In this document: piece by piece, positions 36,403-47,320 of the stretch
How the letters are laid out: each line of letters begins with the position of its first letter
Position numbering within the stretch: the stretch's first letter is position 1
NCBI RefSeq assembly: GCF_003704095.1
Contig: NW_020847187.1
Coordinates: 62,001 to 126,000 of the forward strand
DNA length: 64,000 bases
Reading direction: 5' to 3'
Source of the DNA: Pocillopora damicornis
Lineage: Eukaryota
Position numbers and translations under genes: made by a program
Notes under the pieces: generated by a model
What the model was told of the DNA's origin: nothing
The model's database searches: none
The model's input: the letters and a program-made list of their open reading frames with translations, nothing else

Positions 36403-39400
36403 ATGAAGCTACTGTTCTTTTGTCTTCTCTCTACAAGCCTGGTGTGTACAAGTGTAAAAGGTGCGTTTATGTTAATTTTTCTTTCAAGGGCTTTCATTGA
36501 AATGGAACGAGAATTTCACTCATTTGAAACGTAAAATTGGAGAAGAAGCATGTATTTTTAGCATTCTGTTTAGCATTCATAGTGTATTTAAATCATGAAC
36601 TTTCACGTTGTTACTGAAGAACTGAGAATTCTGAATTTTATTGTTACTTTCTTTTATTCTAGCTACTCTACAGAGAGATGTCATCACATACATGAACGTG
36701 TTTCGGCATTTGCACGCGGCTGGACCACTGTTGGTTGATGATGTCATCCAGAAAAACGCACAAAATGCGGCCGTGTTGTTCATGAAAGCCAAAAGCAAAG
36801 ACAATGTTCCAATTTACAGATACAGTGCCAACTTCTGCAAGTATAAGGGATCTGTAGTGGATCTGGACAAAACGTGTGTTACATCATGGTACGTGTCGAT
36901 GAAGTATTACGTTTGGTGTCATCCAAAAGCCGAGGGGCAAGCTCTTCCATTCGTGAACATGATTTGGAAAGCCAGCACTAAAGCAGGAGTAGGGATAGCA
37001 AAAGACACAGATGAAACATATTACGTGGTCGTGTATATTGCGCTTCAGGATGAAAATAATGTGTTGAGAAACGTGCCACCGGTAAAAAGTAAGTATTTCT
37101 TATTGCTTTTCGTAACTTCCAAGCTTTAAAAGCAGATACTCGATCTCATTTGATAATGTAAAACATCTTCGCTGGCCTTTCCTGAGAAATGTTTGCTATT
37201 CCGAAAGAAAATTCTAGAGCAATTTGTAATTATTAGTCCAGTTAGTGAAGAAAATAACGTTTCATAGGAAAGGTAAGGAAATTGCACAAAATGGAAAAGG
37301 GCCTGAGAGGGGAGATGAAAGGAACAGCTATTTGTTATTTGCTTAAATTGATACACATCGTTGATATTATAATAACGCAAACCCGTAATTATGGTTGTCT
37401 CTCACTTAGAGAGGTAAAGAAATTTCACTCTAATGCATATCAGTTCTGACATTTTTTTAAAACTATCATTTGCAGTCGTAATGGAGGCAAGCCCATTAGG
37501 TAAGATCCTGCCATGGTTGTCAACAACAACAAAAACGAAAAAGCAACTTTATTTATGTTTTCTTGACTTGACTTGACTTGATGAAATTCTAAATTATTTT
37601 GCCTACATTTACAGCAAAATGCCCTGCAGGTTACTCAAGATATGAAACGTCTTGTTTCAAATATGAGACGACTTCAGTAACCTGGGACGAAGCAGTGACA
37701 CGCTGCGCAAGAGAAAATGCGACTTTAGCCTCTATCAGAAATGCTAAAGAGGAAGAATTTGTGAGAGGGTTGCAAAAGAAAACTGGGTCGGGAATGGAGA
37801 CTTGGATTGGTATGAAACATTTACCATATAAGGAGTTGAATTCATACCTGTAGTTTGTTTGATTATTCTAGCCATGTTTCTTTTAAAAGAAATTTCGGAA
37901 AATAGCTGATTCAAACAATAATTACGAGTGAAAACTAGTTATCAAAGCATCCTCTTCATTATTCTAACGATGTCTAATATGCTATCCGCATAAAAAAAAA
38001 GACGGAACCTTTCCAACTTAACATGTTTTGAAACATTAATTCATATTCCGTAGTTCAGGTAGATTATATATTATAAGTCCCCCTTCAAATTTTTAACTTC
38101 ATTTCTAGAACTAGACCCTAAGCGCGTATTGGAAAAGGAGGAAGGATATGATAGAGTATATTTAATTCACTGTTCCTACTAGAGGATAGGATAAATTATG
38201 GCAGATCGACACTCAACAGGTTTACACGATAGTTTACACGAAGGTAGCTTTAAATGGTTTGACGGACTGAAGTTCAAAAGTCACGTGTGTGTTCCGGTTC
38301 ATGCCGATGGTGGAAACTTGGAAAATTGTGTGGCATGGAGCATTCGCAAACCCAAAGGATGCTGGGACGATAGACCATGCAACGAAAAAAGACCTTTTAC
38401 ATGTAGGATTCCCGTTGAAGGTAGAGTAAACTTCAATATACAGCTCTAGAGTGGATCAAGAGGGGGAGGGGGGAGGGGGTCTTTACTCTAATTTTTGTAG
38501 CATTTATTTTTTTCTGTTCCTGTTTTCTTTGGTGACTTTTGTAAATTTAGGTGTTGACGGTATAGGTATGAAGTAAGGCTTCACTTTCACGTCCACTTTT
38601 TGGCGCTGTCATGATATGCTATCTGCATCTCACCTGTTATAGGAGTGAGCAAAGTCACATGAATTCGTTGAAGTACAAATATTAACTTCATTTTAATTAC
38701 GCCGTAAAATGTCTGGTTTTCATTTCGAGTTTTTATTGATCGACACACAAGTTGATTTAAATCATAGTTAAAATTTACAGAAAAACGGAGATAGTATTAA
38801 TTAAACATCATTCTTCTGTCGCTATCATCGCGTTAAAGTTTTAAGGGCGTAGCTCTTAACCGATTAAACTTTAGGTGAGACACCTCGAAGAATTACGAGG
38901 CTTAGAAAATTTTAAAGAACCATAGCTTATACCAGATGTCACTCTGATAAAAACATACTCTCGTTTCCTGGCTTAAGAGCCAAGGAAACCCATATGCATT
39001 ATCAAATAACGCAAGGGATTTTTTTTGTTAATTGTTTGAACAGGCAAATCAACTTACAGAACTGAGGTCCTGTTCAAAAAATTCCGCTGGAGAGCGAACT
39101 ATAAAGATAAAAATTCCAAGGCCTACAGAGATCTGGTAAATGGAATCAAAATAACGGTATGGAAATGGTTTAGTAACTTTACACATATAAATCACGAAAC
39201 TCTCTGATTAAACCATGGTTACAATATATTGTTCATAATCCTAACACTGGTTAAGTCTTAACTCTCTATTTCAAACATGGATATAATTTTCTTTGCCATT
39301 GTGTCCAGTTAGATGCTTGGATATCAAACTATACTTGAAAGATTTTTCAGATATTTAATGTGAGAAACCTCAACCTCTTGCCTAAGACCTAAGATTCGTG

Positions 39401-41945
39401 GGGTTGACGCCGGTAAACCAGAGGTTAGCATTTCAATTATTTCTGCTTTCAATTTTTAAGTTCAAAGAAATCTTCACACGAATGTCAGGGAAAAAGAAAG
39501 GTGGATTCAGAAAAGTTAAAGTTAAAGGTGTCAGGTGAGTCAATATCCTGTCTTTCGCTTACTCTGTGTTCCTTATTTGTATCACTGAGTGACAAGTCTG
39601 ATTTTAACTGCAAAAAAATAATTTACATGTATGTTGCTGTCTTGTTCTGAATTTTCTTTCTTCCTCTCACTTTAGGGCAATATCCTTCAAGGGAAGGTAA
39701 GTTCGTGTTTATATTGTAAATAAATTACAAATGTACCCACTTACATGGATTAAGTTTTGTCTGTCCCTTTTCCTTTCATGGATCACTGATTTTATGCGTT
39801 GGCTGTCGTAAATTAAAAACTGCACGACTCGATGTAAAAATTTATAGCATTTGCAGTGCAAGGTACTTCTGTACTAATCATGATACCAATTAATTATGGA
39901 TGAAAATATTATCCAGTAAAATGTTTCAATTATCTCCCATCAGACCTGCAGGCTTAGGAATTACGGTTTCAATCAAGTTTAGATCCTTCACCCCAGACCC
40001 CACTCTCCGGTTTCAGAAATTTCTGCGTCCTTCGGAAAAACTTCTTAGTATGACCATTGACAGACCAGGTGAGACTTGATTACAAAAAGAAATCACTCCA
40101 GTTTGAATAAGTTCTATTATTTCATTGTTGTTATCACTATTAGTAGTGTCACTATTGTGAATATTATCAATAGAGTTATGAATGAGAATTCTCAATTTGA
40201 TGTTCAGGGCAAAATGCAAATTTCTATGTCCTTCTTTTCGACATCATTTCAGTAATTATTCTTTTAATATCATAATTTTTCTTTGCTCATTAGATTACTT
40301 TATTTAACTGTCAATAGGCCATTGTTGTGGACACTTTTTGCGCAACCAAAATTTACTGTTTTCCTCTCTCACTTTGCAGACAAAGCGGAAGGACATACAG
40401 GTAATATAATCTCATAATTGCTGAAAAGCATTAAAAATGCACCGATTCTCACCTTTTTTATTGTCTTTTTTGACAAGTCACGTATCTTTCCTTAAGTGTA
40501 ATCAGTTAGACTTGGAAGCCATGATCACAGCGTTCCTGAAAATCGAACACAGTGTGCTTTGGTTATAGATACAATTTCTTTTCACGCTGAACACTTTACA
40601 ATTCGAATGTCTTGTTTTGATATTCCGTTTTTTTTAAGGCAAAGCAGGAGACTACTGTTATGGTTCGTGTAATAACCATGGAAGATGCACTTCCTCCCTT
40701 CACCCTTATAATTATCACCTTGGGCTCCCTGCACCGGCATACTCTGTGTACTACCCAGGGGTGCAGACCGTGACGGGCACCACTGACCCATACCCTGCCA
40801 GCTGTCCAATGACATGCAGTCAGTATCCAACATTAGACTGCTACATGCAGTGCAACGACGAATGTTGTGATAGCAGGGAAGGCAAAAGGAATTGGAAGGC
40901 GAAGGCCATCGAAGATCTAATGGAGAAGCGATTCCAAAATCAGGATCAACTTACTAGTGATGAAAGAAATCACACAAAGTTTGGATCTAGTTATTCAGAG
41001 GACAAAGATTCAGATTTGCAGCATAACAATGCTGAGTCACATGATAAAGGGGATGTTTCAAAAAATGTTATCAAGAGTCTCAAGAAAAAGATAAAAAGTC
41101 TTCAAAGGCTCTTGAAGAAAAAATATCAACCGGATAAGTTCGATTATTTCGACGACATTAACGATTCTACTGAACCAAAAGATGACCATGTTATCAATTC
41201 TCTCAACAAAAAGGAACAGTCACATGATAATGATGAGGAAAACGAACTAGACGCAATTGCACACGATCTCATTGATGATAAAAATGAGCCAAGAGGCGTG
41301 CCTGTAGGCAACACACTCAATAGGCCCGAGCTAGCAGAGAAAAATATCACAAACAAGGAAATCACGTACAATCATGAAGAGAGCTTTGGTCAAAAGGAAA
41401 AGTCCAAGGGCAGTCTACAAGACGACGATGGCAATGAAGACATCAGCCTTGAAAATCAAGGCGAAAAAATTGGCATTCAAGGGGACGGCACAGGCAATCC
41501 AGGTGACAGCATTGAAACAAAAGAAAATAGAACTGGACAGCATGATAGTAAAAGTGGCTTTACCAAAACTTATAAAACATCACATCTCGAATATCAAAAC
41601 GATTACATGGTGAAAGAAAGAGAAAATGCCGTGAAAACGATTCAACACGCAAATATCTCAGTTGAAGAAGAACCTATTAACAAAGGGAAGACAGCCAAGC
41701 AACACGACCCCATTAATGTCTACGAACCTGGAAATAGAATGATTGAGGAGAGCACTGATGAGGAAGGAGAAGGTGACGATTCTGAAAACGAACCACCAGC
41801 TGAACAAGGACTTTTGAGTTTGCAAGATTCTGCATTAGACCCAACTGAAGAAATATTGAATGAAGAGGGAATTGATGATGTTGGTAACTTTGGCAGGAAG
41901 AGAAACTTTATTCACAGGACAAAGTCAAGCCACTCTGATAAATAA
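36403..41945 (+). CDS. Gene D: secreted NOWA-like protein SP-CAP-CTLD-SEA-half CRD-CRD-GKR-acidic tail (~854 aa, 11 coding exons)
   Basis: Exons: 36403-36460 (MKLLFFCLLSTSLVCTSVK); 36663-37088 (CAP); 37476-37499; 37615-37809, 38220-38420 (CTLD); 39044-39156, 39461-39534, 39676-39696, 39944-40068 (SEA, e.g. WRANYKDKNSKAYRDLVNGI); 40380-40400; 40639-41945 (CRD CPMTCSQYPTLDCYMQCNDECC plus a ~350-aa D/E/N/K-rich tail). Total 2565 nt, in frame. Confidence 0.83.
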
Positions 41946-42594
41946 AACTCGTCATCATTATCATTTTTAGTTTAGAAATTTAACCCTGTCGAAATCTATC
42001 CAGCAATAACTAACAATCATCTTATGGGACAAGCGTCTCACCTTTTCAAGGAACTCTCAGTCATCCTTTTACTCCAACCAGTGCTACGACACCGTAGGAA
42101 CGATTATATACTTTTCTGTAACCCTGTTTAAAAATTGCATTCTATCAACAAATAACGCTTTAGCTAGATATATCATTGTTGAGTAAATCGTACTTCATTT
42201 CAGAAAATAATAAACCGCATAAAAATCGGTCACAAACAATTACAGAGCCCATGAAATAAAGCTCCTTTTTTAAAGATAACTTTCTATGTTAGCCATTATT
42301 AGTTTTAAAAGAAAGTTGCTTTTCAAATGAGTATTCGGCTCAGAGAAAAAGGTTCCGTTCAAAGCATAGAGAAATTTGGAAATCAACCAAACAATTAGCC
42401 ATGTTACGTTTACCTCAGCTGTGAGAACAATGTATAACATTAAAACTTTTGCTTTTGTATCTGACTGTGATGAATCGTTTGTGCCATCCTAACGGAAGTG
42501 ACGTCTTCCAAAGTTTGCAAAATACTAGATTATGGTGTGAAAAGCCTCTTACGTTTCTGAACTCTGTAGGGCCTTGTCGTATCTATGTACTGAA

Positions 42595-42808
42595 AGGGTC
42601 TCAGTGGGATCAACTGCGTTAACCGTGAAAAGGCAAAAGAATTAGCCGTTAGGCGTAAGAATTGACGAGTTTTAATCGTCAGTCGTAAAAAAGCTATCCT
42701 TAAAATTTTTTCCTTTTAAAAACGATGGAAAGAAGTTAACCGTTTGCCGTGAAATGGACAAAATATTAACTTTTAGCCGTAACAGCAATCACCCCATTGA
42801 AATCTTCA
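42595..42808. mobile_element. MITE-like element with internal ttaaccgt/ttagccgt subrepeats (copy 1)
   Basis: TIR-like gggtctcagtggg ... ccccattgaaatc; homolog at 46670-46870. Confidence 0.55.
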
Positions 42809-43020
42809 CATAACGGTAGCTAATCGACGAATTTCACATGTCACCACAAGCATGACATCATGGGTCTTGTCAACATCATGATCTTTACTTCAGGTGGTCA
42901 TTGTCTAGGCGGGGAATCTCAGCACCAAAGAAATCCACAGTTTCTTTTTGCTGGCGACCATGGTCTTCATGCTTGAGTTAGTGTCATGTTTACAACGCCA
43001 TAGAAGAATCAGTCTTGTGT

Positions 43021-43068
43021 TGATCACGACGTTTCGACTGCTATATTGGTAGTCTTCGTCAGGCAACG
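43021..43068 (-). ncRNA. Minimal hammerhead ribozyme motif at the other end of the Penelope remnant
   Basis: Minus strand CTGACGA-A-GACTAC-caatata-GCAGTC-GAAA-CGTC. Confidence 0.55.
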
Positions 43069-44467
43069 AGGTGTATTTGTTCACGTGTCGCTATTTAGAG
43101 CACCATGGTTTGTTCTTATTGGTGCGTTATGGCGTGCTTTCCGCTTTGTTACTGACCGTCTGTTATGCTTTTTGGTAGTATAGGCATCCATGCTTCGGAA
43201 ATTTCGATTCCGTTACCCTTATTGGTATTATTAGGATGAAGTCTTATGGGGATGGGTTCTTTCACCCTACATGTATACCAATAAGGTCTTAATGGTATCT
43301 CAGTCATGATAAATAAACTTAACCTGTTCCCAAACAGGAACGTGTCCCGTTCCATTGGTGTGTTCGGAACCGCTAAATTTTAATCGTTTATGTTCTTTAA
43401 TTCTCTCCTACATCGCTCTCCTTATTTCCCCATATTCACACGGGATCTTTGTAAGCAACGCCGTCCCGTTTCGCTGACTCAATGGGATCATAAGGCCGCA
43501 CTACGTGTGACCAAAGCGTCTTGTCGGATATAAACACAGTGCGTATGCCTGTGGGGTATTAACGTTATCTCAGCTTTGTGTATGCCAGGGAGGCCGTATA
43601 GATCCTAGTTGGCAGATTATGACCAGCTCTGATTTTGCTGTATATATTTTCCTACAGATTGCCACTTCGTTACAGGTTGAGACGCTCATCAGTGAGTTTT
43701 TGGGTCTCTGTTGAGAATTAGGCACGGACCTGTTTGTGTCAATATCCAAAACTACGCTTACACGACCTTTGTCGGCTAGTAAGATCATGATAGATTCATC
43801 TTGTTTAAGATCTTTAAGGGTGTTTTGTATTTCTTTCGTGATGTTGGGCATAGGTGGTATTGTTTTTTACAGAAAACTGTTTAGAGTTCCTCCTGTAGTT
43901 TCCGCTTTCTCGTGGACAAGTTTTGTAATAGCTGATTCGACTTTAATAACTATTTCAGTGGTAGGGATGTTAGGTGGCGATACTTCGAAATTTAACCCTT
44001 TCTCTAGTAAAGACATCTCAGCATCGCTGATGGACGGTGAAGATAAGTTATTAACCCATTTATCACAGTCAAAGCTAGGTGTTATGTGAACATTAGTTGC
44101 TAAAGAAAAAATCTCTGGTTCTCTTGCACAAGTATTAGAAGCTTGCGTCGTTGCGGTTCTTTAGCGTCATCAAATTAAACAATCCATGTGTAACAACATA
44201 TTTTCAGGTATGTCACTAGCGTCAGCTGCCGACATAGGGGTTGTTATACTCCAGGCAGTAGGTTCAGTTCTCTGTTCGCGTCTCCCCTGGCTATCCGCGT
44301 AGGTCGTATTCTTTCCCTTAAAAATCTCAGAGAAGCTAGTTGGTCATCTTTGCGAGTGTCTTTGGTTGGAACCGGAGGCTGGACTCCGAAGCTCTCTTGG
44401 AACTATGTGACACTTGATTTACCTTGTCAGAGAGTTGAGATGGTTCGTATAGTTTGAACCTTCGACC

Positions 44468-44515
44468 TTGTCGCCTGATGAAGACTAGCAGTATAATAGT
44501 CGAAACGTCGCCATC
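44468..44515 (+). ncRNA. Minimal hammerhead ribozyme motif at the end of the Penelope remnant
   Basis: CTGATGA-A-GACTA-gcagtataa-TAGTC-GAAA-CGTC; stem II is perfect, stem I is weak. Confidence 0.55.
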
Positions 44516-44672
44516 AATACACGATTGATTAACTTGACTTCTACATCGATATCGTGAGACACACGATGAAATGTTCATTTTTTTTATAAAAACCACGATG
44601 AACAACAACATCTATAGTATACAACGCCATAGTTTTTAAAGTAGGAAATCTTAGGTATATGAGCAATTATAT

Positions 44673-45218
44673 TCAGTTGAACCTCCTGTAAGCGACCACC
44701 TGACATGACAAGTCTGGTTGGTAGCTTACGGGAGGTAGCCACTCACCAGAGGTCAGGCCACAGGGGACCCATATTTCAGGTAATTTGCACATGGCGACCA
44801 GACCCTTTCGCTAGCGCTCATCGAAATCTATGGTAATAACTTTTAGCGGCTTATTCGAGGAAAAAAAAATTTATATAAAATATGATGATTGCCTTGTATC
44901 TCACAAATTATTTAATACAGCGTTTGGGTCAATTCACGTGAAAGGCACTCGGCCTGTTGCTTACATCAATTACGAGAAGTGCTGTCCAAATTTTCTGGGA
45001 ACGGACCACAAGCATAAAATTTAACAAAATGCACGTGGCTACAAGCATTTTAAAAAAGGCCTGAGACATTATCCGTAGCGCCACTTTTACGACATCTAGC
45101 AAAATAAGTTAGTTTCCATTTTCAGTGATTTTACCTGAAAACGTTTGGTGTTTTGAAAAAATAAGGTCGCCAACATGAGGTGGTCGCTTACCAGAGGTGG
45201 TCGCCAAGGGAGGTTTGG
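44673..45218. mobile_element. Tc1/pogo-type MITE-like element
   Basis: Inverted termini cagttgaacctcctgtaagcgaccacc ... ggtggtcgcttaccagaggtggtcgccaagggaggtttg. Confidence 0.5.
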
Positions 45219-46669
45219 TGTTCTGGCAATATCTTTCCCTCGATCTTACTTTCAATGAAGGGAAAAGCAATCGAGATATTAAAATTTGTCATTGGTGAAA
45301 AACGATATCAGGAATTTATTCACTCTGTTTTTATATAGCTGAATAGAAATTCTGAAATTCTCTCAGTCGAGCAGTAAACAACACCCCAAACGTGGCGAGT
45401 ATGTGCGACGCAATCGAATGGCTGAAGTCATGAAACTGAAAATTCAGTCATATCAATTTAAAATTTATTTTAAAACCAATGCGCCACAAGAAAAAAAAAC
45501 AGTGTTGTGTCGAATTTCGACTGTCTTTTGGTCTTGAAATACGTGCTCCTCTGACTTAGAGGGCTGGACATTTGGCGTTTTAATGGAAGCGAGCAAAGGA
45601 AAGAGAACAAAGTCGATATCAGCAATAACATTTAATCACTTTGATTCTAAGAAATTGGACAATGAGGCCAAAACGGATATCAAAGGTGGGCCGAAAACAA
45701 ATAATTGGTAAATGGAAAAAGGTAAACTGGCTTTGAAATTATATGAGACGAAAACAAGCGTGTGGATTTGCAGGTTTCTCAAAGGATCATAACTCAAAAT
45801 AAACAATTTTTTCGACTCGTAACGCCGTTGAAAAGATGATGCATATATTTATGATCTTCACAAGAGACAAGGCTGATGGCTGTAATGCGCTCTTTAAAAG
45901 ATCTCGGTGAGTACACGTTTAAATTTTAGCCCGTAACTAATTTGATCTATTTATTTCTTCTTCCCGCTATTTAAGATAAGGATGTCTTTCGTCCTTTCGA
46001 CAAAGTTTGTTTAAATTCCTGAAAAATGACTTCATCTCCTGCTTGTTATTTCGGTAAACATTGTAAACCTTTCGAAGATCATTCAAATGACGATCATTCG
46101 TTTAAAGGAAGGAATCAGAACGATTCAAGAACCATACCAAAGATAATTTACCCTTGAAGTCGCTTTGAAAGAAGGGAGAGGGGTTTATTTCTCTCTGTAG
46201 GCCTTATGACTTGTTTCTGTTCCCATGATATGTTGCCATTTATCTGCCATTTTTTACAGATCTCTGACAACGTTTTTCTGTACCTTATCTCATCCAACAA
46301 AAGTTACCCTACAAAACATCAGCCAATAGTTTTACAAACCAACCTTTAAAGTACCTATCAAATTCTCCGTATAGAGTCTTACAACTCATTTTAATTCACA
46401 GACTTCTGGTGAACCACAACAAAACACAGATCATTGTATTTAAATTACTTCCGAGGATTGCTATCCCTTTCATGTAAAGTCGATAGGGTAGAAGCGTTAA
46501 AATTTTACCCCTCTTGTGAATCTCGACGGTTTCAAACCTTTAAATTGATTTCTTAAAAAAAACGTTATGACCTCTGACTCGGCCTTTATCCTGAGGATAA
46601 AAATACAATATACCTATATGCCAACATTTAGGAAAACATAACCCAATAGGAGTTCTAAAAAACTGACAT

Positions 46670-46870
46670 GAGACTCTCAATGGGATTAACCATCAGCAGT
46701 AAAACGGAAAAAATAATTATAAAAAACGTAATAAATTTTAACCATTAGTCGCAAAAAAGTGGACAATAAATTTTTTTTTTAACTCAAGGGGAAAAAATAG
46801 ACCGTTAGCCGTAAAATGGCCATAATTTTAATCGTCAGCCGTTGGGTAAAAGTCACTCCATTGAGACCGT
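46670..46870. mobile_element. MITE-like element (copy 2)
   Basis: gagactctcaatggga ... tccattgagacc termini and the same subrepeats. Confidence 0.55.
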
Positions 46871-47320
46871 TAAACAATTCTTCCTATTTTCAATGACAAG
46901 TTATCTTTCTCACCGACTTTTGAACGGTCTATTTACAGTACAGGTATTAATTCTGTAATAAGTTGAAGGAAAGAAAATAGACACTGTAAAAATTGTTTAC
47001 CGTACACATCAGCAAAACAACTTTAAACTTGATCTTCCTTTATCCGTAATTCCTCGACAGGCCTTCTTGTGTAAAAACTAGGGGAAGGGAGGTTTTAGCC
47101 GAAAAAAAAAAGAAGGAAAAAGGGAAATTCGTAGTTAAATATTCCTAAGTTGAACTGACGATCCGATTCGCGACTGCAAATCCATTGTGTGGAAGATCTC
47201 ACGCCCTTAGTCTTTTGTTCTTAGTACAAGTTATACTCCATATGATTCGAACACATTTCCTTTTCAATTTTATGTAAAAAAAAAAAAAAATATGTTTGTT
47301 CATTTTAATTTCAGCATGAA

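Larger units (their letters stand above)
43010..44520 (-). mobile_element. Decayed, internally deleted Penelope-like retroelement
   Basis: Minus-strand fragments NLSSPSISDAEMSLLEKGLNF and PNITKE..LKDLKQDESIMILLADKGRVSVVLD (pre-RT region), plus GIY-YIG C-terminal pieces (SAVSEH, RVKE..IRLHPNN.N..NGIEISEAWMP). Frameshifted, with the RT core missing. Hammerhead-like motifs at both ends. Confidence 0.8.
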
